Positions 1 to 10,559 are shown, numbered from the stretch's first letter. The stretch is DNA of 64,000 nt from Candidatus Adlerbacteria bacterium GW2011_GWA1_54_10 (GCA_001004665.1 LCRO01000006.1:444-64443); one strand, 5' to 3'. A program made the numbers and translations. The notes: generated by a model from the letters alone, not told the origin.

Positions 1-123
1 AAGGCCGAAATGCGCGCGGCGCTTCGCGCCGCGCGCCTCTCCGGCGGCGAAACCCCTCTTGCTTTGAAACTTGAGTCTCTATTAAAACACGCTCGAACCT
101 ATTTTAGCCAGCATCCTGACTGA
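1..123 (+). CDS. C-terminal fragment of a probable large serine recombinase (gene begins outside the window)
   Basis: Frame 1 reads KAEMRAALRAARLSGGETPLALKLESLLKHARTYFSQHPD*. It shares the 'ALRA...RTxF' tail pattern with the recombinase-end remnants at 33.9-34.2, 41.6 and 48.1 kb. Confidence 0.55.
   Translation, partial: KAEMRAALRAARLSGGETPLALKLESLLKHARTYFSQHPD
70..115. repeat. Left copy of a perfect 46-bp inverted repeat (att-like)
   Basis: cttgagtctctattaaaacacgctcgaacctattttagccagcatc is the exact reverse complement of 1735..1780. Confidence 0.95.
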
Positions 124-328
124 CTTCGCACGCACCGCGTGCATGCCCGTGCGGTACTCTGCGTCACGATTCGATTCCGTGGTCTTTCTCTCGGGCGCGC
201 GAGTACGCCGCGCCCTCGAACCCTCGCCCCGCCGCTTTCCATTCTTCCTTATTTTTCTCGCGGGGAATGCAAAATTGAATGGCGGCGGAGCGGGGGCAAA
301 CGCCAAAAATACTCAATTTTTGGCGTAG

Positions 329-357
329 TTGACAGGAATTATCAGGAATCGTATAAT
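329..357 (+). promoter_or_regulatory. Consensus sigma70 promoter
   Basis: TTGACA (329-334), 17-bp spacer, TATAAT (352-357). An 11-bp hairpin (acgccaaaaat/atttttggcgt) lies immediately upstream. Confidence 0.85.
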
Positions 358-480
358 ACTGCAAGTTCTTTGAGGACGATCGCCGCAGCAGAAAGCAACC
401 TTCCAAAGGTGATTTTCTGCTGCGGCGCAATCGAATTGCTGCAGCGTAAACCCACCAACCAACCCGAGAGGAGACTTGCC

Positions 481-1110
481 ATGACGAAGAGTCATGTCCC
501 GTCTACGAAGCCGGTCACGCGCAAGCAGATCGGCAACTTGCTCGACAAAGTCGGGCAGCGGCTGAGCCGGAACAAGAACCTGATAAGCGCTCCATTCGAG
601 CGTGCGGTCAGGAAGCACTCGCCCAAAATCATCGACGAGTGTGCCGCCATTGTGTTGAAATACCACGACGCGGTCGCCGAAATCGTCCGCGTTGATCGGA
701 AGATCGCGCCCATCTATCCCGACTGGGTCGACAAACCGATGCACTCCGAACTCGAAGCGGTCGGTCCCGCTGAATACGACTTGGGCGACGTGGAGCAGTG
801 GCTCCACGAGAAACAGAAGACTGGTGTCGCGGGCGGTAAGGAGATCTACGAGCACCTAAAGAGTGCCGACGATCTCAAAGACCACCTCAACCTGCGCGAT
901 CTGCAGGCCATCCAGAAGCTCGGCATCGTCGTGTTCCGCAAGCACTTTGTGGGCAAAGCGGTGTTCGGCTGGAAGTCGGTCGTGTTGGACCGCCGCGGCT
1001 ATCTCTTCGTCCCGTTCCTCGTCGAGATCGGTGACGAGGTCAAGCTGGACTGGCGCTGGCTCGGCTACGACTGGAGCGCGAACAATCCTGCGCTCCGTTT
1101 CCGCAAGTAG
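481..1110 (+). CDS. Probable DGR target (variable) protein with CLec-like C-terminus
   Basis: SD GAGGAG precedes the ATG at 481. The C-terminus VPFLVEIGDEVKLDWRWLGYDWSANNPALRFRK is built largely from NNC codons at positions where a template would have AAC. A GC hairpin follows. Confidence 0.7.
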   Translation: MTKSHVPSTKPVTRKQIGNLLDKVGQRLSRNKNLISAPFERAVRKHSPKIIDECAAIVLKYHDAVAEIVRVDRKIAPIYPDWVDKPMHSELEAVGPAEYDLGDVEQWLHEKQKTGVAGGKEIYEHLKSADDLKDHLNLRDLQAIQKLGIVVFRKHFVGKAVFGWKSVVLDRRGYLFVPFLVEIGDEVKLDWRWLGYDWSANNPALRFRK

Positions 1111-1156
1111 CGCTCGGCATTGGAATCTTGGCACTTGCCCTCGATTCCTTTGCCCT

Positions 1157-1188
1157 TGGCTCCGCGTCCGCGCGGAGCCATATTTTTT
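1157..1188 (+). terminator. GC hairpin plus T-tract (intrinsic terminator and/or DGR post-VR hairpin)
   Basis: tggctccgcg-tccg-cgcggagcca followed by tatttttt. Confidence 0.75.
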
Positions 1189-1734
1189 GATATAGTAATT
1201 GCGGTAGTAGGTGAATATGCGGGCGGTCACGGCTTCTCGCTACCGAATCCAGTTTTCATATATGTCGGAGTGTTCTCGGTCACGGCTTGGAACAGTGTGC
1301 TGTATGCGAACTAAAAAATGAAGATACTTGGTACAGAAGGACGTCGAGCGTTTGATATCTGAATAAAGGAGCCCGCGCCGCTCTCGCTGGTGCATTGAGA
1401 GCGGCGCGGGTCTTGCACGCGGACGGGAGGGTGGGCCAAGTGCATACTGATTTGCGCCTCGCCATTCCTTAAAGAATTTTGTATGACGAGGCACCGCTTG
1501 TATTTGAATCCCGTCCTTCCTTTTTCCTAAAAGGAAGCCGCCCCTCGCCTTTGCCGCCCATTCCTTTTTTCAAATCCCCCCCCCCGCGAAAAAAATAAGA
1601 ATGGAGAAGGGGCAAAAGGCGAGGGCGGGACGCGCGGTACTCCGCGCGTGGCGGGGTTCAGAGCATCACCACGCGGTCGAATCGTACGATCCGGTACAAA
1701 GCCACCTCGCACGCGGAGCGGGCGAGTCAATCGA

Positions 1735-1780
1735 GATGCTGGCTAAAATAGGTTCGAGCGTGTTTTAATAGAGACTCAAG
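1735..1780. repeat. Right copy of the 46-bp inverted repeat
   Basis: Exact reverse complement of 70..115; weaker similarity continues ~200 bp inward. Confidence 0.95.
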
Positions 1781-1807
1781 AATTAAGAAAGTGTATACTT
1801 ATATAAT

Positions 1808-2002
1808 ATGAAGCTTCTGGACAAAAAATTAATGCAGCGCGTGCAGAAGACCTCTAAGGAACTTGGACTTCCGGAGCAAGAGGTCATCAGTCGTGCCGTT
1901 TTTAGCTATCTGGGCAGTATTGAAGATATTGCAGTGCTCTATCGTGAACTTAGAATGTGGGACGCATTATCGGCACGCTCGATGCGAAAGCACAATTTCT
2001 GA
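1808..2002 (+). CDS. Putative antitoxin (ribbon-helix-helix-like)
   Basis: 64-aa ORF directly upstream of a PemK/MazF toxin; RHH-like pattern 'LGLPEQEVISRAV'. Confidence 0.7.
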   Translation: MKLLDKKLMQRVQKTSKELGLPEQEVISRAVFSYLGSIEDIAVLYRELRMWDALSARSMRKHNF

Positions 2003-2011
2003 CTAATTTTT

Positions 2012-2335
2012 ATGAAACCCGGCGAAGTGTGGGTGGTCCACATTCCGGAGTTAGGTACGCATGAACAGAGCGGTACTAGACCTGCTGTAATTATCGCTCG
2101 TGTGGCAAAAACTATTGCGACCATAGTGCCGTGCACTTCAAATAAGGTAGCACTACGTTTCCCATATACCTATCTTGTAGCACCGACGAAAGGGAATGGA
2201 TTGGAGAGCCAATCTATAGCACTGGTATTTCATATTCGTGCGCTGGATATTTCCTATTTTGCGAAGAAAATTGGAACACTCGATAAAAAGACATTTGGAG
2301 AAATCCGCAAACAAGCGCGTCGTCTCATCGGATAA
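2012..2335 (+). CDS. PemK/MazF family toxin
   Basis: 'GEVWVV...[14 protein letters not shown]' and 'HIRALD' motifs. Confidence 0.9.
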   Translation: MKPGEVWVVHIPELGTHEQSGTRPAVIIARVAKTIATIVPCTSNKVALRFPYTYLVAPTKGNGLESQSIALVFHIRALDISYFAKKIGTLDKKTFGEIRKQARRLIG

Positions 2336-3195
2336 TGGAAAAAGAGGAGATGAAAAAAAGAATAGCGGAGTTGGAAGCCGCGATGCGGGAAGCGGATTTT
2401 TGGGCCGACAAAAATCGCGCGCAGGCGCAGATTAGGGAACTGCAGGACTTAAAACTCCGGCTCGAGAGCGGGAGCGCGTGGGAGAAGGGAGGCGCGATAT
2501 TGTCGCTTGTCGCGGGCGCGGGAGGAGACGATGCGGAAGATTTTGCGGCGATGCTTCTTGATATGTACCGCAAGTATATGGAATCGCGCGGATGGAGGAT
2601 GCGCGTACTGCACGAAAACAAGAACGACCGCGGCGGCTACCGCAATTTTGCGATGGAGATCGGCGACGGGGGCGCGTACGGTACCCTTAAAAACGAATAT
2701 GGCGTTCACAGGCTCGTGCGGATATCCCCGTTTTCCGCGACGCAGAAGCGACATACCTCTTTTGTATTGGTGGAAGTGCTTCCCATTCTGGAAAAGGTCG
2801 CCAATGTCGAAATCGCCGAAAGCGACCTTGAAATTTCAATGGCGCGTTCGGGCGGCCCCGGCGGGCAGAACGTAAACAAGCGCGAAACGGCGGTGCGCAT
2901 AGTGCACAGTCCGACCGGAATTTCGGCGCACGTCGACGGCGAGCGTACCCAGGGAGCGAACAAAGAAAAAGCGCTTGCCATAATCAAGGCCAAGCTCCTG
3001 CGCAAAATGGAGGAGGAAAGGAAGGAAAAGATATCCGACCTCTCGGTAGGCGCCGGAAAAATAGAGTGGGGCAACCAGATACGCTCCTATGTCCTGCATC
3101 CGTACCAACTTGTCAAGGACCATCGCACCGGAATTGAAGTGCGCGATGCGCAGAGTGTATTATCTGGTAATTTGGAGCCTTTCTTAGTACAATAA
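2335..3195 (+). CDS. prfB: Peptide chain release factor 2 (short CPR form)
   Basis: [11 protein letters not shown] (SPF), GGQNVNK and WGNQIRSY motifs. Confidence 0.92.
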   Translation: MEKEEMKKRIAELEAAMREADFWADKNRAQAQIRELQDLKLRLESGSAWEKGGAILSLVAGAGGDDAEDFAAMLLDMYRKYMESRGWRMRVLHENKNDRGGYRNFAMEIGDGGAYGTLKNEYGVHRLVRISPFSATQKRHTSFVLVEVLPILEKVANVEIAESDLEISMARSGGPGGQNVNKRETAVRIVHSPTGISAHVDGERTQGANKEKALAIIKAKLLRKMEEERKEKISDLSVGAGKIEWGNQIRSYVLHPYQLVKDHRTGIEVRDAQSVLSGNLEPFLVQ

Positions 3196-3280
3196 TATTC
3201 GTTGTGGTCCATATTCGAGGAAAGCGAGAGAAACAAAATTTTATTTTATTTCCAAGCGGCGCAGAATATATGGCATTCTT

Positions 3281-3961
3281 ATGATCTATTTTGACCGCGT
3301 AAGCAAGGTTTATGCCGACGATTCCGTAGCTCTCGAGGATGTTTCTTTCAGCGTCGAGCCGGGCGAATTTATTTCCGTCGTCGGACACTCGGGTGCCGGC
3401 AAGACCACATTGGTAAAAATGCTCCTTGCGGAGGAACATCCGACAAGTGGATCGGTGTTTTTTGAATCCATAAACATCCACGAGATCCCTCTCCACAGGA
3501 TAAACGACCTGCGGCGCAAGATAGGGACAGTGTTTCAGGACTTCCGCCTGCTACCCAACAAGACCGCATACGAGAACATCGCCTTCGCCATGGAGGCCGC
3601 GGGGCGTAGCGAGGAGGATATACACTCCGACGTACCGCACGTGCTCGAGCTGGTTGATCTAGGAGACAAGATAAACAACTTCCCCGCGCAGCTTAGCGGC
3701 GGCGAACAACAGAGAGTCGCCATCGCGCGCGCAATAGTCAACCAGCCCGATGTCATAGTCGCCGACGAGCCGACCGGCAATCTCGACCCTGTAAACACGT
3801 TCGAGATTGTGCAGATACTCAAAAAAATAAACGACCTCGGCACCACGATAATTCTGACCACGCACAACAAGGGTGTCATAGACTCACTGAAGAAGCGCGT
3901 CATCACGATGGATCGCGGCAAGGTCATCCGCGACGACAGGGAAGGAAAGTATATATTATAG
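3281..3961 (+). CDS. ftsE: Cell division ATP-binding protein FtsE
   Basis: [16 protein letters not shown] and LSGGEQQR motifs; upstream of ftsX. Confidence 0.95.
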   Translation: MIYFDRVSKVYADDSVALEDVSFSVEPGEFISVVGHSGAGKTTLVKMLLAEEHPTSGSVFFESINIHEIPLHRINDLRRKIGTVFQDFRLLPNKTAYENIAFAMEAAGRSEEDIHSDVPHVLELVDLGDKINNFPAQLSGGEQQRVAIARAIVNQPDVIVADEPTGNLDPVNTFEIVQILKKINDLGTTIILTTHNKGVIDSLKKRVITMDRGKVIRDDREGKYIL

Positions 3962-3965
3962 GAAT

Positions 3966-4901
3966 ATGGACTGGACTACGGCAAAAAGGATCTTCCGCGC
4001 CGGAATGCTGGATTTCTCCCGCAACGCGTTCGTCTCTGTTGCATCCATACTGGTAATGACGGTTACTCTTTTCGTGGTCGGAGTGACTATCTTCGCCGGC
4101 GTTATTTTGAACGCTACGCTCGACGAGCTTAGGGACAAGGCCGACATCAACGTGTACTTCACCACCATGGCGCCGGAGGAGCGAATGCTCGAGCTTAAAA
4201 GCTCGCTCGAGGCTCTGCCCGAGGTGGAGTCCGTGGAGTACATCTCGCGCGACGAGGCGCTAGCGGCCTTCCGCGAGCGGCACAAGGACGACCAGCTTAC
4301 CCTGCAGGCGCTCGAGGAGCTCGAAGACAATCCTCTCTCCGCAGTGCTTAATGTCAGGGCGCGGGACATTTCGCAATACGAGGCCATTGCCGCGTTCCTG
4401 AACAAGGAACAGGAGGCCCTAACAGCGGGCGAGGCGCCCATAATAGACAAAATAAATTTTTATAACGAACAGCACAGACAGGCCCTCGCGCGGCTCGAGG
4501 TCATTACCGACTCCGCGCAGCGGCTCGGGTTTGTCGTCATCGCAATACTCATACTCACTTCGATAGCGATCTCCTTTAATACCCTGCGGCTTGCCATATA
4601 TTCCTCGCGGGACGAGATACAGGTAATGCGGCTCGTAGGCGCTGGGCAGTTCTATATCAGAGCGCCCTTTATGGTCGAGGGCACGCTTTACGGCCTTATT
4701 TCAGGCATAATAACCCTGCTCCTTTTCTACCCTCTCACGTGGTGGCTCGGAGGCGCGACGCAGGGTTTCTTTGGCGGCGTCAACATATTTGGCTATTATG
4801 TTTCTAATTTTCCGCTATTTTTTCTGATAATCGCCGGCACGGGGATGCTGCTTGGCGCCACGGCGAGTTTTCTTGCGGTCCGGCGGTATCTTAAAATCTA
4901 G
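3966..4901 (+). CDS. ftsX: Cell division permease FtsX
   Basis: Four TM segments; NPL, '[18 protein letters not shown]' and 'PFMVEG' motifs. Confidence 0.93.
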   Translation: MDWTTAKRIFRAGMLDFSRNAFVSVASILVMTVTLFVVGVTIFAGVILNATLDELRDKADINVYFTTMAPEERMLELKSSLEALPEVESVEYISRDEALAAFRERHKDDQLTLQALEELEDNPLSAVLNVRARDISQYEAIAAFLNKEQEALTAGEAPIIDKINFYNEQHRQALARLEVITDSAQRLGFVVIAILILTSIAISFNTLRLAIYSSRDEIQVMRLVGAGQFYIRAPFMVEGTLYGLISGIITLLLFYPLTWWLGGATQGFFGGVNIFGYYVSNFPLFFLIIAGTGMLLGATASFLAVRRYLKI

Positions 4902-4944
4902 GAGAAAAGTCCGGCATGCGGTATAAAGGAACGTAAGGAAGAAA

Positions 4945-6579
4945 ATGGAGGAGCCCAAGTATATTTTTGTAGTCGGAGGAGTGATGTCGGGCATCGGCAA
5001 GGGAGTGGCCTCCTCATCGATAGGGCGCATCCTCAAGTCCAAAGGCTTTAAAGTCACGGCGATAAAAATAGACCCCTATATAAACGTGGACGCCGGCACG
5101 ATGAATCCGACCGAGCACGGCGAAGTGTTCGTCCTTGACGACGGGTACGAATGCGACCAGGACATGGGCAATTACGAGCGCTTTCTGGACGAGAGTTTAC
5201 CCAGCATCAACTACATGACCACCGGCCGTGTGTACCTTTCCGTCATCGAGCGCGAGCGCAACTTGGAGTACAAAGGCAAGAATGTCGAGGTAGTGCCCGA
5301 CATACCGCTTGAGGTCCTGCGCCGCATAGATGAGGCGCGGTGCGCGGCCGGCGCGGAGATAACGATAGTGGAGATAGGCGGTACGATAGGCGAGTACCAG
5401 AACATCATCTTCCTCGAGGCCGCGCGCATGCTACGACAAAAACACCCGCGCGACGTCGCGGTGGTCATGGTCTCTTATGTGCCAATTCCGCGCAACATCG
5501 GCGAGATGAAGACAAAGCCAACGCAATACGCCGCGCGCACGCTAAACTCCGTCGGCCTTCAGGCCGACATAATTTTGGCGCGCGCGGAAGTGCCGCTCGA
5601 CCAAAAGCGCAAGGAGAAGATCGCCGTCTTCTGCAACACCCTGTCCGAGCACGTCATCTCGGCTCCCGATGTGGATAGCATATACGACGTGCCGCTTAAC
5701 TTCGAGAAGGACGGCATGGGTAATATGCTCTGCGACGTGCTTTCCCTGCCGCGGCGTTCGTCCGACCTTTCCGCGTGGGAGAAATTCGTGGCGAAGAGCA
5801 AGAATGGCGGAAAGCAGGCAAACATCGCCGTCGTGGGGAAGTACTTCGACTCGGGTGAGTTCGTACTGTCCGACTCGTATATTTCGGTTTTGGAGGCTCT
5901 GCGCCACGCGGCATACAGCCAGGACCTAAAAATTTCCATCACTTATTTCGATTCCAAAGCCTTCGAGTCGGGCAAGACGCCGCTCGAAGAGCTTAAAAAA
6001 TATTCCGGCGTTCTTGTACCCGGCGGCTTCGGCGAGACTGGCATAGAAGGGAAGCTCAAGGCAATAGAGTACGTTCGGGAAAACAAAATACCGTATCTCG
6101 GCCTTTGCTACGGAATGCAGCTTGCGGTAATAGAGTACGCCCGCAATGTGGCGGGTCTTGCTGGTGCGAACACGACCGAGGTTGACAAAGATACGCCGCA
6201 TCCGGTCATTGCCATAATGGAATCGCAGAAAGAAAACGTGGAAAAGTCGCGCCTCGGCGGCACGATGCGCCTCGGCGCGTACCCGTGTTCTCTTGCGGAC
6301 GGAACCGTTGTGGCGCAGGCATACGATAAAAAAGAGATTAGAGAGCGGCACCGCCACCGTTATGAGGTAAATCCGAAATATATCGAGCAGTTAGAGAGTG
6401 CGGGGCTCAACTTTAGTGGCCGCTCGCCGGACGGCGTGCTTATGGAGATAGCCGAATTGCCTAAGGAAAAACATCCATTCTTCCTCGGAACGCAGTTCCA
6501 CCCCGAGTTCCTCTCCCGCCCGCTATCGCCGCATCCGCTTTTTGTCGCCTTCCTAAAAGCCGCCGGCGAGCGCGCATAA
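4945..6579 (+). CDS. pyrG: CTP synthase
   Basis: GGVMSGIGKG, KIDPYINVDAGTM, GLCYGMQ and QFHPEF motifs. Confidence 0.98.
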   Translation: MEEPKYIFVVGGVMSGIGKGVASSSIGRILKSKGFKVTAIKIDPYINVDAGTMNPTEHGEVFVLDDGYECDQDMGNYERFLDESLPSINYMTTGRVYLSVIERERNLEYKGKNVEVVPDIPLEVLRRIDEARCAAGAEITIVEIGGTIGEYQNIIFLEAARMLRQKHPRDVAVVMVSYVPIPRNIGEMKTKPTQYAARTLNSVGLQADIILARAEVPLDQKRKEKIAVFCNTLSEHVISAPDVDSIYDVPLNFEKDGMGNMLCDVLSLPRRSSDLSAWEKFVAKSKNGGKQANIAVVGKYFDSGEFVLSDSYISVLEALRHAAYSQDLKISITYFDSKAFESGKTPLEELKKYSGVLVPGGFGETGIEGKLKAIEYVRENKIPYLGLCYGMQLAVIEYARNVAGLAGANTTEVDKDTPHPVIAIMESQKENVEKSRLGGTMRLGAYPCSLADGTVVAQAYDKKEIRERHRHRYEVNPKYIEQLESAGLNFSGRSPDGVLMEIAELPKEKHPFFLGTQFHPEFLSRPLSPHPLFVAFLKAAGERA

Positions 6580-6628
6580 AATTTTGTTTTGAATTTAGGG
6601 CGTTTTTTTGCTATCTTTCATTTGTAAT

Positions 6629-6699
6629 TGCGGGATCGTCTAATGGTAGGACAGCAGACTCTGGATCTGCTTATCTAGGTTCGAGTCCTAGTCCCGCAG
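6629..6699 (+). tRNA. tRNA-Gln(CTG)
   Basis: Acceptor TGCGGGA/TCCCGCA; anticodon arm gcaga-ctCTGga-tctgc; GGTTCGA T-arm. Confidence 0.95.
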
Positions 6700-6831
6700 C
6701 TCTTCGTCGCTCCGCTCCTCAGAGCCTTCGGCCTGAGGATATAAGACGTGCGCGAAGTAGATAGGTATGTAGTTCCCCTACTTGGAAGGGGGATTTAACT
6801 GTAAACACGAGCAGGTATATACTTAGAAAGT

Positions 6832-7224
6832 ATGAAAGGATTTTTTGTTGATATCGAGCAGGCGGCATTGGAGAACGAGGACTTTAGAAAAGTGCTCTAC
6901 ACCGGTGCCCGGTTGCAACTCGTCGTCATGGCGCTCAAGCCCGGCGAGGATATCGGCGAGGAGGTGCACGAACTCGACCAATTTATCAGGGTCGAGGCTG
7001 GGAGCGGCAAGGCGGTACTCGACGGAGTCGAGCATGCCATAAGCGACGGCTCGGTTGTAATTGTCCCGCAGAGCGCGCGCCACAATATCATCAATAGCGG
7101 CTACGCCGCCATGAAACTCTACACGCTTTACTCTCCGCCAAACCACAGGCACGGCACTATCCATAAAACCAAAGCTGACGCACAGGCCGACGAGGAGCAT
7201 TTCGACGGCACAGTAAGCGAATAA
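6832..7224 (+). CDS. Cupin domain protein
   Basis: GEDIGEEVH..DQF and 'HNIIN..KLYTLYSPPNH' motifs. Confidence 0.9.
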   Translation: MKGFFVDIEQAALENEDFRKVLYTGARLQLVVMALKPGEDIGEEVHELDQFIRVEAGSGKAVLDGVEHAISDGSVVIVPQSARHNIINSGYAAMKLYTLYSPPNHRHGTIHKTKADAQADEEHFDGTVSE

Positions 7225-7354
7225 CGCATGGGCATCAAAGACTGGCTCGCTCTAATCTGAACTCGTGAGTGGGGCAAAACGGTAAGACTGGTTTGCCTCC
7301 AAAACTTTTTTGTTCTATAATCGGCGGGACCGCCCTTCGGGGCGTTTTACGTTT

Positions 7355-9130
7355 ATGGAAATCCGAAACATCGCTATTATTGCCCATGTTGATCATGGGA
7401 AAACCACGCTGACTGACGCCTTGCTTCGCCAGACCGGCGTGGCAGAGGTGGGTGTTAGCATGGACTCCGGCGACATTGAACGCGAACGCGCCATCACTAT
7501 TTACGCTAAAAATGCCTCTGTGTTCTATGGTGACACCAAAATAAATATCGTCGATACGCCCGGGCACGCCGACTTTGGATCCGAAGTCGAGCGCGTGCTA
7601 CGCTCTATAGACTCGGTTTTGCTTGTGGTTGATGCACAGGAGGGACCCATGCCGCAAACCCGCTTTGTATTAAAAAAGTCGCTCGAGTTGGGACTTAAGC
7701 CCATCGTCGTCATCAACAAAATAGACAAGCCAGCGGCCGACCCCGCCCGCGCCGAAGAGCAGGTGCTGGAGCTTTTTTTGGAGCTCGGCGCAAGCGACGA
7801 ACAGTCGAATTTTCCCGTCGTCTACGCAATAGGCAAGCAGGGGATAGCAAAGAAAAAGCTCGAAGATACCTCTACCGATTTAACGCCACTGCTCGACGCG
7901 ATACTAAAGCACGTACCGCCTGCCTCTTCGCCGGAGCTCGAGGCTAAGCCGCTACGCATGCAACCGTTCAATCTCGGGTACGACAATTTTTTGGGCCGGC
8001 TCGCGGTCGTGCGCGTGTACGAGGGTACGGTCCGCATTGGCGGTCGCGTATACGTCAAAAATGCCGGCGGCTCGCGCGAGGCGCAGGTAGTCAAACTTTT
8101 TACTTTTAAAGGGCTCGAGCGCGTCGAGACACCCGAGGTTGCGGCAGGAGACATCGCGCTCGTCGCCGGGCTCAAAGATATTTCGATTGGCGAGACGATA
8201 GCGGACGATGCGGGTGCGGGGCTACTCCCCATGATCACGGTGGACGAGCCGACCATCGCGCTTAATTTTTTGGTAAATTCCTCGCCCTTTGCCGGCCGCG
8301 AGGGCACGTACGTGACCTCGCGGCAGTTGCGCGAGCGCTTGGAGCGCGAGCTCGAAATTAACGTCGGCCTGCGCGTCGACTTTTCTTCCCTCGAGGCGTT
8401 TAAGGTGTAAGGACGCGGCGAGCTCCACATTTCCATCTTGCTCGAACATATGCGGCGCGAAGGATACGAGATGCAGGTATCACAGCCGCAAGTCATTTTG
8501 CGAACGCAAAATGACGGTGAGCTTGTCGAACCGTTCGAGGAGGTGGTGATAGACACGCCGCAAGCCTACCGGGGCGTCATCATCGAGCGTCTGGGAGCGC
8601 GCAAAATCGTGCTAAAGGAAGTCCGTCCGCATGCCGGCTCGGTGCGCATGGTGTTTGAGGGCCCGACGCGCGGCGTGCTTGGGTATCGCAATCAGTTTAT
8701 TCTCGACACCAGGGGCGAGGGGATCATGTCTTCCCGGTTTGTGGAATTTCGCCCGCATGCGGGCGAGATCCAAAAACGCGCCGTGGGCTCGATGGTCTCG
8801 ATGGTGTCCGGCAAGGCACTCGGCTATGCGCTGTGGAACTTGCAGGATCGCGGTGTGCTCTATATCGGACCGGGGACCGAGGTGTATGAGGGACAGGTCG
8901 TGGGCAATACCGCCAAGGGCGAAGAGATGTACGTAAACCCGACAAAAGGCAAACGACTCACCAACATGCGCGCCTCGGGCTCCGACGAGGCTATCCATTT
9001 GGTGCCGCCATTTGAGCTTACGATAGAGCGCGGGCTCGAGGTCATGAGCGACAACGAGTATCTCGAAGTGACGCCCAAGTCAGTGCGCTTGCGCAAGCAG
9101 GCGCTCACCAAAAACATGCGCGGCGGTTGA
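7355..9130 (+). pseudogene. typA: GTPase TypA/BipA with an in-frame TAA at 8408-8410
   Basis: IRNIAIIAHVDHGKTT and DTPGHADF motifs; FKV*GRGELH, after which the C-terminal half continues in the same frame. Confidence 0.9.
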
Positions 9131-9215
9131 CAAAATTGTATCATCATATATAATAGAAAATATCTGCAGTCTCCTTTTGTGCTCTATCTAAGAGCGGGGC
9201 TCTGATAGATGTCAC

Positions 9216-10409
9216 ATGCAATATAAACGTCATTTTTCGCACAAGCGAACGTCGTTTGTGCGCCAGCCTGCACAAGGCAGAAAATTTACCAAAGCTCCGC
9301 AACGGGTCCAGTTCGATCCGTCACGCTTTGTCAATAAGGCCGCCAAGCCGCAAGAAGTTGCGGTGTTTACGCCGACCCACCGTTTTGCCGACTTTCCGAT
9401 AGATGAGGCGCTTAAACGGGCCATCGCGGCAAAAGGATACACGCTCCCGACTCCCATACAGGACCAGGCTATAACACCTATATTGGGGGGCCGCGATATT
9501 GTGGGCATCGCCCAGACCGGCACGGGCAAAACCGCCGCGTTTTTGATTCCGCTCATACATAAGGTGCGTCATGACCCAGACGCGCAGGTGCTTATTGTGG
9601 TGCCGACGCGGGAGCTTGCCGCTCAAATTAGCGAGGAACTTGTCGCGTTTACTGCGGGTATGAAGATTTTTTCAGTCTGTTGCGTGGGCGGCATCAGCAT
9701 AGGCGCGCAAATGTACGCCCTGCGCCGCCGCAACCAGTTTGTCATTGGCACGCCGGGCCGGCTCAAAGATTTAATAGAGCGCGGCAAAATAAAACTTGCG
9801 GAATTCCAGACCATCGTGCTCGACGAGGCGGACCGCATGCTCGACATGGGCTTTATACGCGACATGCGCTTTGTCATGGCGGGGATGCCCTCGCCGCGGC
9901 ATACGCTCTTTTTCTCCGCGACGCTTTCGCCAGAAGTCGAAGGTTTGATCAAAGACTTTTTGCACAACCCGGTGCGCGTTCAGATAGCAAACCGCCGGAC
10001 TGCCGAGCATATCAGCCAAGATGTCGTGCAAATTCCGCGCGGCGCCGACAAGCTCGCCGTACTCCATGACCTTTTGATCCAGCCGGGGTTTGACAAGGTG
10101 CTCGTATTCGGCCGCACCAAGCACGGCGTGGAGCGGCTTTCTAAAAATCTTGTCGCCCGGGGCTTTAAGGCCGAGTCTATCCACGGCAACAAGACCCAAA
10201 ACAGGCGGCAAAAGGCGCTCTCGCTGTTTAAGCAGGACCATGTTCAGATTTTGGTGGCGACCGATGTGGCGGCGCGCGGGCTCGACATCAACGGCGTCTC
10301 GCATGTTATTAACTACGACCTCCCCGCCACCCACGACGACTACATCCACCGTATCGGCCGCACCGGTCGGGCGGGCAAACCGGGCAAGGCTCTCACCTTT
10401 GTCGGATAA
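9216..10409 (+). CDS. DEAD-box RNA helicase (RhlE-like)
   Basis: AQTGTGKT, PTRELA, DEAD, SAT and HRIGRTGR motifs. Confidence 0.95.
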   Translation: MQYKRHFSHKRTSFVRQPAQGRKFTKAPQRVQFDPSRFVNKAAKPQEVAVFTPTHRFADFPIDEALKRAIAAKGYTLPTPIQDQAITPILGGRDIVGIAQTGTGKTAAFLIPLIHKVRHDPDAQVLIVVPTRELAAQISEELVAFTAGMKIFSVCCVGGISIGAQMYALRRRNQFVIGTPGRLKDLIERGKIKLAEFQTIVLDEADRMLDMGFIRDMRFVMAGMPSPRHTLFFSATLSPEVEGLIKDFLHNPVRVQIANRRTAEHISQDVVQIPRGADKLAVLHDLLIQPGFDKVLVFGRTKHGVERLSKNLVARGFKAESIHGNKTQNRRQKALSLFKQDHVQILVATDVAARGLDINGVSHVINYDLPATHDDYIHRIGRTGRAGKPGKALTFVG

Positions 10410-10427
10410 CCGGCAAGTGGTCCGTAT

Positions 10428-10559
10428 TTATTTTTTCGAAATATTTTGCCAGAGCCAGATGCCGGCAAGAACCAATACGACAAAGACCACCAGAGAGGTG
10501 ATACTGCCGAGCAGGCCCGCGCCGCCCATCATGCCGCCCCAGTTTCCGTAATTCATCAT
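10428..10559 (-). CDS. Small membrane protein (43 aa)
   Basis: MMNYGNWGGMMGGAGLLGSITSLVVFVVLVLAGIWLWQNISKK*; Met/Gly-rich head plus one TM segment, divergent from the copper operon. Confidence 0.65.
   Translation of the reverse strand: MMNYGNWGGMMGGAGLLGSITSLVVFVVLVLAGIWLWQNISKK

Noticed and set aside
139-480. N-terminal extension of the 323-aa ORF
   Set aside because: It overlaps the repeat element and a consensus promoter; the SD-led ATG at 481 is the better start.
2335-3195. prfB programmed frameshift or truncation
   Set aside because: No CTTTGA slip site or upstream N-terminal piece is present; the short form retains all catalytic motifs.
8408-8410. Stop-codon reassignment or readthrough in typA
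   Set aside because: TAA, TAG and TGA all terminate normal genes here; a single TAY-to-TAA change or error is simpler.
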